From assembly GCA_964016885.1 (NCBI GenBank), contig OZ024740.1, positions 292,206,001 through 292,270,000 on the forward strand: a DNA stretch of 64,000 nt, in the 5' to 3' direction. Below, in pieces: positions 39,562 to 52,722 of the stretch (positions are counted from its first letter, which is position 1; the number at the start of each line of letters is the position of its first letter). This stretch comes from Eledone cirrhosa. Taxonomy: Eukaryota. Under the pieces are notes generated by a model. That model was given only the letters and a program-made list of their open reading frames with translations, had not been told where the DNA came from and did not search any database. Both the position numbers and the translations under genes were made by a program.

Positions 39562-39862
39562 TACATGTATGACTTGATGGTCAGATTAGTGTCATTGTAA
39601 GTGAGAATTGATCTCTGGTCTACCCTAGTGATATTTAACTTTGCCATGCAATCAGACATGCACTGACCCAGAGCTTACCAGGAGTTATATATAGAAGTGA
39701 TTCTAATAAAACCCTGCCAGGTTCTGCGGGTAGACTACACTTACAAAGATCATTGGTTTGGGGGTCTGACTCTTCATGTAGAATATTCAGTTGTGGTACT
39801 CTATGATAGAAGGTAATCGTCCTAATATGAACACCTTTAGTACTTCTTGATAGACTACACTG
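39562..39862 (+). ncRNA. Putative structured RNA domain of unknown class in the Naiad 3' UTR
   Basis: Nested helices TACATG/CATGTA, GTCAGA/TCTGAC, TTGTAAGTG/CACTTACAA, TGGTCTACCC/GGGTAGACTA, TAGTG/CACTG, CAGAGCTT/AGGTTCTG, then a ~75-nt hairpin. Confidence 0.45.
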
Positions 39863-40667
39863 TAATTTATAGATAAGATACTTAAATTTAGAAACTGTTT
39901 ATAACCTTATATGATAGGGACTCATTTGAGACACCATTTAATGTACATTAGGATAATAAATTTGGTTATAGAAATCAGCTAGTTACCTCCCCTTACACAT
40001 TAACTCCCCTTAATCACGCACACACTTCCGGAAAATAATACGATGTCAATTCTCGCAACAAAAACAACCTGCTCTATAGAATTGAATTAGAGAACAACAA
40101 GCTGTGGTGTTCTAACATGGTTTTTCAAGCATCCAATGTTGAATCATCGTGGATTGTGTGAGGGACATATAATCTTTAAATTGCGTTTCCTGGATTGTGA
40201 AAATGGTGGTGTATGCGAGGACCGTGGCGTTGTTTTGCTTCTCACTTTTAATATTTTTGATATTTCTCTACACACAGGCTTCTATATCATACATATATAT
40301 ATAAAAAATACTTTACCAATACAACCTCCATAATACTCTTGATTGCCCGCTTAAACTGCTTCTATTACATATAACACCCTGCCGCACTATAATCTTATAT
40401 AAATAAGACACACGTGCATGCCCCACGTGTAACTATTGCATACACTAACTACTTCAAACTATCCTCTTGCTTTATCTTCGTAAACTGCCAATGTTGTATT
40501 TTAACTTTAATTTTGTTCTTTAATATGACTTTAATCTTTGTATGTAAATTGCCATGCTATATTATTATAATGGATGTCAACCCACTGTGCATCAATATAT
40601 ACATATGTTTCTATATGTCTCTTGTGTTGGAAAGGAGGTCAAGTATGTAAAAAAATCATTGCAGAAA

Positions 40668-40716
40668 TTGCTCCGAAGAATGCAAACGTCGGTTTGGAAG
40701 AAACAATTGTAAGCGA
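40668..40716 (+). ncRNA. Hammerhead variant (CCGAAGA core)
   Basis: TTGCT-CCGAAGA-..CAAAC(GTCG)GTTTG..-GAAA-CAATTG-TA-AGCGA; palindromic stem III. Confidence 0.65.
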
Positions 40717-41121
40717 ATAAATGGTTTAAACAGAACTTTGATTCATGTAATTTCTATATAACTGCTCTGTAGAACATCTGATGGTATTACATTGAGCTAT
40801 TTATCTTACTGGTAATAAGGTAGTAATAAATTACTGTCTTTCACTATTTAAATATATATAACTATAAAAGGGTTTAAAATATATATAACTATAAAAGGTT
40901 TTAGTATATACATAACCATAAATAGTATCCTTAATACTATATATATATATATATTTATATTTCTATATATATGTGTGTATATATGTGTGTGTGGTTGTAT
41001 ATATATATATGTGTGTATGTATGGATTTGTTGATACTTATATGTGTATGTATGTATGTGTATGTCTGTGTGTATATATATACACATATATATGTGTATAT
41101 GTGTGTGTGTACGTATGAGTG

Positions 41122-41192
<71 letters not shown>

Positions 41193-41332
41193 ATGTATAT
41201 AATTGTGTGCGTGTGTGTTTGCATGTGTGTTTTTATTTTATTTTTCCTTTCCTTCTTCCTTCTCCAGCCTCACTTTCATATAGATTGCATTTTTATTTTT
41301 AGAATCCAATATTAATAAATAGACCAGGATTT

Positions 41333-41392
41333 TTTCATTCTGATGATTGAAAGGAAAATGTTTTGCTTTTAAGAAACCGCTGGTAAATGGAA
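41333..41392 (+). ncRNA. Hammerhead ribozyme, paralogue of 36045-36104 (solo pLTR)
   Basis: TTTCATT-CTGATGA-stem II-GAAA-CC(GCT)GG-TA-AATGGAA, with the same flanks. Confidence 0.8.
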
Positions 41393-41918
41393 TAATTGCC
41401 TTATGTTGTTTATTATATAACTATATATATATATATATATATATATAAATTCAGCGAGAATCGTATTTCGGCTGGTAGAAAAAAATAAAATATATATATA
41501 TATATATATATAAATGAAAGGTATAGAAAAAATAAAAATATATATATGTATGCAGTAAATGTACAAGTGAATGTATCAATATGTGTGGATGTGTGCGTTT
41601 GTGTAGATGTGTGTGCGGGGTGTGGATGTGGGTGCGTTTGTGTGTGTGAGAGTGTGAGTGCATGTGTGTGTGTGTGTGTGTGTGTGCATGGAATATTTCG
41701 TGTCAGTGCCAATAAATATGTATTTCAAAGCGGCTTAAATCTCTTAACATATTAAGATATCTTAAAAATCGGATTATTAGGAAGCTGCTTCCTTGTCTCT
41801 GCTTCAGCTATTAGAAACAGTAGTCAAATATCCCTCAAAATACCTATTACTGTCTTATCTTAAAATGGAAGATCACGTACATGGATAATGTAGTCTTATT
41901 AATCTTATCTACAACACT

Positions 41919-42003
41919 TTGCCTTTCATCCTTACGGGGTCGATAAAATAAAGTACCAGTAATGCACTGGGTAATTGCTGGCCTTGTGCCTAAAGTAGAA
42001 ACA
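41919..42003 (+). mobile_element. 5'-truncated family A SINE with 21-bp TSD
   Basis: ATTAATCTTATCTACAACACT at 41898-41918 and 42004-42024. Confidence 0.85.
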
Positions 42004-42110
42004 ATTAATCTTATCTACAACACTATACCTGAGAAATAGATGGGATGGCCATGGTTGGGGTGTCACTAATAATTTATCTGATGAATCAGAAAGAGTTGTC
42101 CTGGCGCTAC

Positions 42111-42614
42111 GCAATAACAGCAACAATAACAATAACAATAGCAACAGCAGCAACAATAACAACAACAACAGCAACGGTAACAACACCAACAGCAACAATA
42201 ACAGCAATAGCAACAACAGCAACGACAACGGAAACAACAGTAACAACAACACAACAACAACAACAATAACAGCAACAACAACAACAACTAAAGATATTGT
42301 CCGGAAAACATACTAGATATAATAAGTATTTATTTCTTATAATCTATTTCCAATTGCCAATATGGAACTAGTGACCTTACAAGTCTACGGAGGATGGTAT
42401 TTTTACTGCACCTACGCATTACAACGAGTACATAAACTGCATAAGTTGCACGGCTGTATTTATGAATGAACAGTTTGTGGATATATATATCGACCTTTTA
42501 TGGAAAAACAAGGTCATTAAATTTTGGTATTGTTTGTGGAAAAAATAATAGAAACGATAGAACAGAACTAAATAAGCTAGTAGCAGAGCAGCAGCAGTAG
42601 CAATAGCAGCAGTG

Positions 42615-42699
<85 letters not shown>

Positions 42700-42862
42700 T
42701 AGTAGTAGTGGTAGTAGTAGTAGTAGCAATTGTTGTAGTAGTAGTAGTAGTAGTAGTAGTAGAAGTAGCAATTGTAGTAGTAGTAGTAGTAGTAGTAGTA
42801 GCAATTGTAGTAGTAGTAGTAGTAGCAATTGTTGTAGTAGTAGTAGTAGTAACGGCAGTAGT
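42111..42862. repeat. (AAC)n-like (42111-42290) and (TAG)n (42580-42862) microsatellites
   Basis: Direct reading. Confidence 0.9.
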
Positions 42863-43513
42863 AAATGAGATGCAGAAATGTGGTTAAAAACAAACAAAAC
42901 AAGTGCAGAGTGATGTATTATGGTTACTATAGATGACATTGACGTCATAGTTTGTAGACGATGATGACAGAAGCTCTATATAGATTTTATGAATGAAAAT
43001 CAGCCTTTAAGAGCCTGCAATTACAAACATCACATTGCCTGTTGTTGCTCTGCCCACAACGATATAGTAGTATGCAGTTTCATAATTCTTTCATTCACAC
43101 GGACGGCCAGTTCTAGTATATAATAACAATCAATTGTAACCAATCAATACTAGCAGACTATTTTACTGAATACGCGACTAGTTTTTGCAGTTTTTACAAC
43201 TACCATAAATGACCAGTGTAGTGTTGCTAAACAACAACGACGTTTTATATATAACAGACATTTACACATTGTTGTTTATTCAATAAATTTCCACATGTCT
43301 CCTTTTACATATTTGGTCATATATGTAAATATTATACACATAGCATATATGACCATTTATGTAACATATACACATAACATATATGACCAATTATGTCAAA
43401 GAAAACACGCACACACACACATATATATATATGTGTGTGTTTGTGTGTGTGTATGTAATTCTAAGTGTGTATGTGTGTGTGTATGTAATTCTAAGTGTGT
43501 ATGTGTGTGTGTG

Positions 43514-43579
<66 letters not shown>

Positions 43580-44334
43580 CACATATACATGTATATACCG
43601 GGGTCGGTCGAACTGGAGGGGGGGGGGAAGGAGCATGTTCCCCAATAATTATATTTTTCTCCCCAAACTACCAAAACACACATCTATTTGTATTTACACT
43701 ACAATTTATGTACACGTTATGTTTATCGCATATCGAATTTTTTTATATCTTGGTTTGATAACAACAACTAAATTAATCACTACAACTAAATTGACCAACC
43801 CCACCCATCCCCAATTCAGAAATGCTTCCAGCACCCCTGTATACTATGCGTGATGGGTGATTGTGACCCTAATGAATTCGTCCAATAGGTGTACTTCAAT
43901 TTTAATTATATTTAATTGGGTGATTATTTTGTTTGGTGTGTTTTGGGTTTGTTTGGGTTTGTTGTATTTAGCTGTTGGGTAGGGTTGTATAAGGAAAAAT
44001 TATACAAACATACATACATACATACATACATACATACATACATACATACATACATACATACATACATACATACATACATAACAAATTTTGCATCTAATAA
44101 CTGCATATACACATGTACAGAGACAAAGCATATACACATGCACACATACAACTCAAAACATCCACATCCACACATACAATAACATCCATATCTACACATG
44201 CATGCATGCAGACATACATACATATCTACCTAGTTGATGTGTAAATTCCAATGAGAGAGTCTTGTGTCTATGTTAGAAACCGACTCTCTCTCTATTGGTA
44301 AAACTTTGTGAAATTATAAAACCAGAAGAACATA

Positions 44335-44935
44335 CATACATGGTGGCTGCCAACTCGTTTTCGAGTACGGTCACTACTTTATATCCATGTAGGAGAACTC
44401 CTACCGATACGCTGAACGACTGTGACTTTTTAGTCCAGCCAGCGACTTGAAAACTCTGGTACAAACACTACACTTGTGACAATTATTGACACATAGTGCT
44501 GGGCCCATGGTACCCTGTGACGACAAGTGCAGAGAGATCTCCAGATATAAAGCAATGCCTGTGCCGTGAAGCTTTTATAGTGAGCAAAGGCACTGCACAA
44601 AGCCAGTCCCACTCTCTTAACTAAGATGATATTTACCAAAAAGAAGAACAAGTCAACATCATTGGATACCATCAGGGCTGCAGGTGTTATATCAGAGTTT
44701 TCTTTCTCCTAGAATTCTGCCCTGACAAAGGCTAAGGGGTCATCTCTCCCGGTGATTTTGGATGGCCATTGACTCTTACGAGCTCCTTTGCTCTTTGACA
44801 GGTTTTGTTTTTAGTCCTGCAGGATGTCCAAAGTCACCCTCCTCACCAAGAAACCTTGGTGGGGTTGCCAGTTTAGTCGCTAACGACCATGAGACAGGTT
44901 GTACTGGGATACATGTTACTAGTAGCACCATAAGC
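44335..44935 (-). mobile_element. Fourth copy of the (ATGT)n-associated non-autonomous element
   Basis: Reverse complement of the 3552-type unit over 44680-44930; ends GCAGCCACC-ATGTATGTATG at ~44350-44331. Confidence 0.6.
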
Positions 44936-45013
44936 AATACTAACAGACTCCTTTAAGAATCAACAAATGTTGGTTTGTCCCCCTCACATTTTAAAGGCAA
45001 ACGAGGCCCCCTG

Positions 45014-45074
<61 letters not shown>

Positions 45075-45269
45075 AGTATATATATATCGGAATCTTCAAC
45101 ATCCGGTCCTACAGTCCGTGGAAAAACCTCCAGGAACACACACACACACATAAACGCTTACACTTTTTTTTTTTTTTAAACACTTTAGTCTTTATTGTGT
45201 TGTATCAGATGAAAGAATGGTATTTAACTAATGTATTGGTACGCGATGGGGCCCACCCACAGCCCCGGC

Positions 45270-45478
45270 GGACAGAATGGAGAAGGCGTTTTCCTGGAGG
45301 ACGGCAAGGGCGACGCGCTGGAAAAGCTACTCCAACTCGCGGGGCTCACACCTGCGGCTGGCCAGCTCAGCGCCTATGGTGGTGAGTAAGGAGGTAGCCC
45401 TGGGGCCGAGGACACTAGAAGTCTCCACTGCCAGGGGAACGACCGCAAACCTGTCGGAGAGCCACCGGTACACTATTT
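45270..45478 (-). mobile_element. CRE-like RLE C-terminal fragment
   Basis: YRWLSDRFAVVPLAVETSSVLGPRATSLLTTIG...EPRELE*LFQRVALAVLQENAFSIL. Confidence 0.7.
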
Positions 45479-46077
45479 TCGCATCACGCAACCATACATC
45501 CACACCACCAAAAACACACACACACACATGTGCGTATCCTCATATATACACACTCAGCCTCCGGACTCCACACGCCCCTCTCCCCCACCTACTCTGACCA
45601 TTCTCCATCCACACGCACACACACACCGACTTACACCCCACCCCATGTACACACCGGTTTCCCTATTACCCGAACATGGAACCTCGTTCTTCCGCCAACT
45701 CTCACATTCACATCCACACACGCACACGTACACCTACACACATACACACACACCACCTTCAACCCTCCCCACTCGAACCCCCCCCCGTCTCCCTCTCCCC
45801 TCTCCACCCCTCCATCCACCCCACCCTACACGCCTCACACCCTTTCACCACTTGTTTCATTTTAATATTTTTGACCCTCTAAACTTCCCCCCTTTTAATG
45901 TCTTTCCACCACTCCCCCACACACCCTCGGAACTCTTTTCCTGCCCACTTTTCTCCTGATGAAGGGCTTATGCCCAAAACGTCGTCCCCCACCCCCCACT
46001 CTCAAGCGTGAAACTGATATTAACATTTTGTACTGCCTCTTCGCTCCCACGTTGTTGTTTTTTTGTTAACTGTTTCA

Positions 46078-46136
<59 letters not shown>

Positions 46137-46139
46137 TAT

Positions 46140-46499
46140 ATTATTTTACTTTGAGAGGGTCATGTTGCCAATAAAAACACACGCACCTGTTGGTTTTCAC
46201 TTCAATTTATTATAAATTTCCGGTTGGTTGCTTGGTTGGTTCGATAACCGGAATGTCACATTCTGTGACAAAAACAAGATGGTGTGGTGTAGGACAGATC
46301 AAAGGAGGGACGGGACACACAAAATAAAAACCTAGTCACTGAGGAGGTCACAGAATGTGTGACGAAAGAGTTTGACAATATATAAACAACCTTCCAGTTA
46401 TCGAACCAACCAGCTTTTATTGGCAACATGACCCTCCCAAAGTATAACAATATCTGTTTCAACACACGTTTTCAGATAAGAAATCTCGCAAAACAAATT
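46140..46499 (+). mobile_element. ORF-less inverted pLTR module of the 6771-10276 PLE family, with HHR at 46335-46376
   Basis: Left arm inverted to the pLTR end; GTCA-CTGAGGA-G-GTCACA/TGTGAC-GAAA-GAG-TT-TGAC; same ATGACCCTCCCAAAGTATAACAAT tail. Confidence 0.85.
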
Positions 46500-46505
46500 A
46501 TATAC

Positions 46506-46602
<97 letters not shown>

Positions 46603-46674
46603 GTAGGAGGTGAGTTTTATTGTAGTACAATAAAGCAATGCAGATATCGGTAGCCTTCATATCATGTTCTCCTG

Positions 46675-46741
46675 TTTTATCTGATGAAAACACAAATATT
46701 ATTGCATGATGATGTTTGTTTTTGAAATGCGCATAATAAAA
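46675..46741 (+). ncRNA. Type I hammerhead ribozyme
   Basis: TTTTAT-CTGATGA-long stem II (ACAAATAT/ATGTTTGT)-GAAA-TGCGCA-TA-ATAAAA. Confidence 0.88.
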
Positions 46742-46771
46742 TACATGGAACTCCTTTAACCATCTTTTGAT

Positions 46772-46810
<39 letters not shown>

Positions 46811-46879
46811 TATGAAGAGAGAAGAAACATTTAGATATAATTAGTAATAAAATGTATCATACCTAAAATGCTCCTAAAT

Positions 46880-46967
46880 TCCTCGACTACGTAGTTTCGT
46901 GGCATAAACAAAAACAATATATCAAAGATATAGAGTCCTTGCGAGGTCTGCCAACTTATCAAGAGGA
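46880..46967 (-). ncRNA. Degenerate hammerhead
   Basis: Minus strand TCCTC-TTGATAA-G(T)TGGCA...TGCCAC-GAAA-CTACGTAG-TC-GAGGA; two core substitutions. Confidence 0.6.
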
Positions 46968-47230
46968 TACCTCATTTTACTAGTCTCAAGAACGCGTCTA
47001 CACGACGTGAGAAAGAATCCCAAAAGGCGGAGGGGGAGATAGTCACGCGATACAACGGTCGAGAAACAGAGCTAAGCCTCTTATAACCACGAAGAAAATA
47101 CCACGGAGGCGGAGGGGGTATTCATATCGAGGCCGTAGAAGAGGTAGTGAAGAAGGCGAGAAGTATGAGTAATGGAAGCTTTCCAGTTGTCCCCACACTT
47201 CAAAGATTGCTCGACCAGAGGGAGTTATTA

Positions 47231-47503
47231 ATATATTTAGAAACACACAGATACATGCGGACACACACATATATACATGAATGCATCCGCACCCAACTGT
47301 GAGTTAAGGGTGCCAACTTCACCGATGTTGCTCTCTTCATAATGTATTTTTAACTCTGATACTGGTTCAGTCTGGTTCAAACTGAATTGGTCTGTCCCAG
47401 TCATTCATTGAGCAACATCGGTGAAGTTGGCACCCTTAACTCACAGTTGGGTGCGGATGCATTCATGTATATATGTGTGTGTCCGCATGTATCTGTGTGT
47501 TTC

Positions 47504-47512
<9 letters not shown>
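47231..47512. repeat. ~103-bp perfect inverted repeat with 76-bp spacer
   Basis: 47231-47333 vs 47410-47512. Confidence 0.92.
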
Positions 47513-47564
<52 letters not shown>

Positions 47565-47628
47565 GTTATTCCGGGTTGAATCGGAGGTAACCACAGTAAG
47601 TAAGGTACTCAATACATAGCAGAGTATA

Positions 47629-47754
47629 ATAGTTTTAATATAGATGAGATTCTACAGGACTAGAACTGTTTCATTCATTAGAAATCATCAGAGATTCCTG
47701 ATGATTTCTAATGAATGAAACAGTTCTAGTCCTGTAGAATCTCATCTATATTAA

Positions 47755-47760
<6 letters not shown>
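47629..47760. repeat. 63-bp palindrome carrying a hammerhead-like core on both strands
   Basis: 47629-47691 vs 47698-47760; CTGATGA-TTTC(TAAT)GAAT-GAAAC. Diverged relative at ~52420-52608. Confidence 0.8.
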
Positions 47761-47840
<80 letters not shown>

Positions 47841-50454
47841 CGAAGGAGGTGTGGTAAGGAACTAAATGGACCATAACGCACCAGAGTACTCAATACTGTG
47901 TACCATGAGATTATATAGTAGGAAAATGTTTAACCCCGACGGCAGAGCTCAAGCCGTTTCGACGGCTATTTTAGTCCCAACGATTCATGAACATTGATTC
48001 CAATATACCTATTTTCAAAACTTACATTCCTCAGTTTTGTTTTTCTATGGCTGTGAACCAGGACAATTATATTCAAAACAAGCATTTTCAGCTAAAATGT
48101 CTCTACCATATCTTGTATATACGTTGTAGACTGTGAGTGATGTTGAGATTTTGGATTTAGCAAATATTTTAAGCAACCCCGCCCCCTCCCCACACACCCC
48201 AAAAAACCTTGCAATTTAGCTGACTGAGGTGGACAGGCCACATAGCTCAAATGAAAGATGAAAAAATTCCAAAGCTTTACTCTATGAAGAATCAGGTTCT
48301 ATGAAAAGATCTCACAGAAACCAAATTAAGATACAAGGGCTACCTTAAATTTGATATAAAAAAATAACGTACGTTTCATGTGGAAAGTTAGGAAGATGAT
48401 GTAATTGGTAGAGCATCATAGAAAATAGAAATATTGAACGTGACAAAGAATTTCGAAGAGAATCGGATTAAGCACACAACATTGAAATGAGATACAAGGA
48501 AAAGAAACCCTATTGATATCAATAATTCCTTCAAATGATCAGTTACCGAACAGGGAAAAGGTTATTCTATCCAAGCACCTATTATCGTCACGCTCAAGAT
48601 TAACAGGTTCCAGTTGGGACGGAAAATCGATAGCATCAAGTTTCCTTCAAATAATATCATTAGTTTCTTTTAAATAATATCATTTAGTGCTGTGTGGCAA
48701 AGAAAACGCCCCTTGCTGTCACGACTGAAGAGCGGAAACAGTCCGAATTCCTTGACAATAGCCCAACGATGGCGTTTATGTGATTCACACTCGCAGAAGC
48801 CATGACACAGGGAAACTCCGTTGCGCGTGCATACATCGCCGAGAAGAAGGTGCTGTGTTGAACAAAGTCAGTGGAAGAAAGATGGATCGGCAATGTCGTA
48901 TTGGAAGTTAAGAAGACGCTCTGAACCTTTCTCGAAGTTTCGCTTACTGCCATCTAGTGTCATCGAAAAGGATGTTGCAGGTGTATTTCGCACACAAATG
49001 GACGGTGGCGTCAAGTTCGTCGAGGTGTCTGTCCAGTTTGTAGATACTATGATGCGTTGCGTAGAGAAAACAGTAATTTTGGAAAATCAACGCAGTTCTT
49101 CAACAGAGAGTCAGATGAAAATCAATAGGCATAATCTGCAAGTCATCCTTGCTAAGTTCTTCCAGGTGATGAGGCGGTCATATAGGCAAATTGTGTTTTC
49201 TCGTAACTTACATTTATTTATTTTGACGTTAGAGTTGGGATATCGTAGCGGAGGTCATCTGAAACAGTCAACAGGACTGCGTAGCGCTGAGTAGTCTACC
49301 TACCAGCCTGTGAATGGTGAACGTACAGGATGTGCAACGTAGTCAATGGTTAATGCTGGACACCGGCGGCAGATATTATGATCTTGCCAACAGCAATGAT
49401 CATATTAAATGTCTTGCAGGAAAGATGTTCCAGTGGGAATATATAATCACGTCTAACACTATCAAAGGCATCCTTTCGAGGTCGAGCAAAAATTTACAAG
49501 TGTAGTACAGGAGTCGATTCTTCTTCTATATCTCTTTCTCACTTCCTTTCTTTCACACCCTATCTTTCTCTTGAAGAAATCTGCTGTGTTCACACCTGGC
49601 GAGGAGATGGGCTCTGCCATGTTTAAAAACGACCAAGAAACGCTATGTCAATATGGCACCCCTACGACTCTATCAGGAGTTGCGGGACCACATACACATA
49701 TATATGGCGGGATGATTCACTATAATCTTTTAAGTGAATAGAGCTTATAAAAAACTTAATCCGGCCTTCCTGTCAACATTTGTCACTATCTCTTCCAATA
49801 TAGGTAGCTACTAAAAAGGAGTCACTCGACTCGCTAGAAATGGTAGCAAGAAAAAAAAAAAAGGCAGGATTTGTTTCGACAGCAGACACTTTGAATCATA
49901 GACTTGTTCGATCAGAGGCGAACCAGTGGGAATTTGAAATACCCGAAGGGCTAAATATATCATGATACAATGATATAATAAATAGCCATGGGTAAAACAT
50001 TGATGTTTCCAAAAATAAATTTAGATTACCAGAATAAATGGGAGGAATATGGGATGGTGAAATTAGTAAATGGTTCTCCGCCAGCCTGGACGATGAATAT
50101 TCCAGTTGTTCGATCATTTGAACTGACTATTCAATGGATTTGTAGTGTATGTGGTAGTTTTCCTTTAATGCAATGGCCAGGTAAAACCAGCGAGACAATG
50201 TGTGACACGGCTAGTCCTTTCAGTTACAGCTACAGTCCATTCGACGGTTATTTTAGTCACAAAGCTTGGGTCAACTCGAAGTTACGGTCAAAGACGCTTG
50301 CCAATATGCCAAGCAATGAAATCGAATATGGGAGTTCGTAGCTCGAAAGCGAATTTTAACTACTTAGCCATACCTGCAGCCACAAGAAGACAAGGCAATA
50401 ATAGGTAACAAAAGGACAAAAGACAGTAGTATGAACCCTATCTTTGCTTTACGT

Positions 50455-50858
50455 CAGGGGTCGGTAATTTCTTTGCCTCGGCGGGCCAGATCGAGTATTA
50501 ATGATGGATAGCGAGCTGGAGGAAGACCATAAAAGAATAATTATGGAAAATTACACAAGTTTAAATTTAATCACGAGTGTTGACTATACTTTAAAATAAT
50601 TTGTATTAACCACAGATGAATGTAGTAATGCGAATTTTTAATTGTTTTTGCTGTCAAAGCGTTCACATCCGGTTGGTGGTGGACATTAGGTAGAGTGATT
50701 CAGAAGATTTGTGGAAGAATGTAACAGCAGGCCTTTTATTGTATTCAAAAGTCTCGTCTCTCATATTACAATACATTTAAATTTTAAATAAACAACTCAT
50801 TGGGCATCAGTTCTCGCAGGACGGAACCGGCCCGCGGGCCGTAGGTTGCCGACCCCTG
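50455..50858. mobile_element. hAT/Charlie-type MITE
   Basis: TIRs CAGGGGTCGGTAA / TTGCCGACCCCTG; TSD CTTTACGT/CTTTTCGT. Confidence 0.85.
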
Positions 50859-51501
50859 CTTTTCGTGGTCGATCGACTTATTTCTCCTCAAATCACACAA
50901 TAGCCTCTTATTCTAATAATTCAGGACAAAACCAAAATCTCAACGAAATATTCTACTTAATAATTAACCTTAATTCTTGTATCAATCTTTTATAATTTCC
51001 TAAGCAAATCTCCAAAGAAACTGTTATATAAGTGTAACGACATTTTAATCTCCCAGTTTTTTGAAAGAACATAGTAAAAAAAATGTCGGCATGAAAGAAT
51101 ATAATATATTGGTTAAACACGTAATCAGAAACATTATAAGTATGTTCCATTGAGTCTTCAAACGATAATGATCAAAAGCTACGTTTTACTTCAACATATT
51201 CCTCCCACTCACTTACGAATTATCATTCGTGTTACCTGTCCATGGCTATTTGTTTTGCATGTTCAACAACCGTATCATGATATTTTTAGCATTTCAACTA
51301 TTATGAGTCCTCTTAAATACTTTCTCCTTAAAATATATTTATTCTTTCTCTTACCAATAATAATTGTATTATAACACGTTTCGCTTTCTTTAATATCTTT
51401 ATCCTTATAAGTATACGGTTCTCGTTTCTTTAATATAGTTATATATATATATATGTGTGTGTATATATATGTATGTATATATATATGTATATATATATAT
51501 G

Positions 51502-51532
<31 letters not shown>

Positions 51533-51569
51533 GTATGTATGTATATATATATATATGTATATATATATG

Positions 51570-51604
<35 letters not shown>

Positions 51605-51871
51605 ACGTTTAAATTTGGTGGTTTACTACTGGGTAGAATTGTCATTCTGCAATATTAATTATGACGTAATATGATAAAAGCACTCGACGTTATGCAACTC
51701 ATCCATCTTTGATATTGAATCATGTTGGTGGTGCGGGAACGGAGTAAATGTATTATAAAGTGAAATGACAGGAGGCCAAATTGGTTGAATTTCCTTAATT
51801 ATTTATTTCTGCAAACACTATGCGCATTTCAGTGGCCAGGTTGCGTAAGACCCGGTGACATATTGACACTA

Positions 51872-51947
<76 letters not shown>

Positions 51948-51950
<3 letters not shown>

Positions 51951-52047
51951 GTTTCTACGTTAGGCACAAGGCCAGCAAATACCCAGTGTATTACTGGTAC
52001 TTTATTTTATCGACCCCGTAAGGATGAAAGGCAAAGTTAACCTCGGC

Positions 52048-52052
<5 letters not shown>
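51948..52052 (-). mobile_element. Truncated family A SINE in (TA)n
   Basis: Same ends as the copy at 52871-52976. Confidence 0.85.
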
Positions 52053-52102
<50 letters not shown>

Positions 52103-52254
52103 AGCGGGTAGATCCTAGTAAAGTAATCAAAAATCAAAAAAAAAAAAAAAAAAACTTCACAAGCATCTTATCCTGGGGGTTGAGTATTCGTTAAGCAACC
52201 TAAAGCTAGAGGGTTCTTTTTATTGATGTCAAGTATATTGCTGACAAATTTTGC

Positions 52255-52398
<144 letters not shown>

Positions 52399-52631
52399 CG
52401 AGAGATCCCGAGTTAAATAGGGGGTAATCACAGTAATTAAGGTACTCAATACATTAGTAGAGTGTGAAAGTCATTTAATATAGAAATGGCTTCTACATCA
52501 CTAGAACTGTTTCATTTGTATGGAATCATGAGTATTGCTTGATGATTCAGGGCATTCCTGATGATTTCATATGAATGGAATAGTTCTACTCCTGTAGAAA
52601 CCATTTCTGTCTCCCTCTCTCCATTATTATA

Positions 52632-52722
<91 letters not shown>

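Larger units (their letters stand above)
37789..40830 (+). mobile_element. Naiad-type PLE 3' fragment with ~850-bp inverted pLTR arms
   Basis: 37789-38634 is inverted to 39895-40756; GIY-YIG coding segment and long 3' UTR lie between; short tail after 40756; left junction in (TA)n. Confidence 0.9.

Noticed and set aside
39566-39580. TGTATGACT in the structured RNA is complementary to the satellite monomer (telomerase-like templating of the array)
   Set aside because: Only a 9-nt exact match, and the same word occurs in decayed (TGTA)n tracts at ~36282 and ~36831; chance is sufficient.
39800-39855. Canonical SECIS element implying a selenoprotein Naiad
   Set aside because: The ATGA/TGA quartet is present but helix II is short, AA spacing is off, and no in-frame TGA occurs in the visible ORF. 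Kept only as part of the structured-RNA finding.
37879-40650. Paired 65- and 78-aa ORFs as duplicated small genes
   Set aside because: Automatic consequence of the inverted arms; no recognisable motifs.
42078-42100. CTGATGA-ATCA-GAAA as a hammerhead
   Set aside because: No stem II and no stem I complement.
43599-43839. Additional MITE with CGGGG/CCCCTG ends
   Set aside because: TIRs are imperfect and there is no convincing TSD.
48684-49505. 157-aa ORF or possible LINE endonuclease relic
   Set aside because: No motif I can identify with confidence; probably decayed TE sequence.
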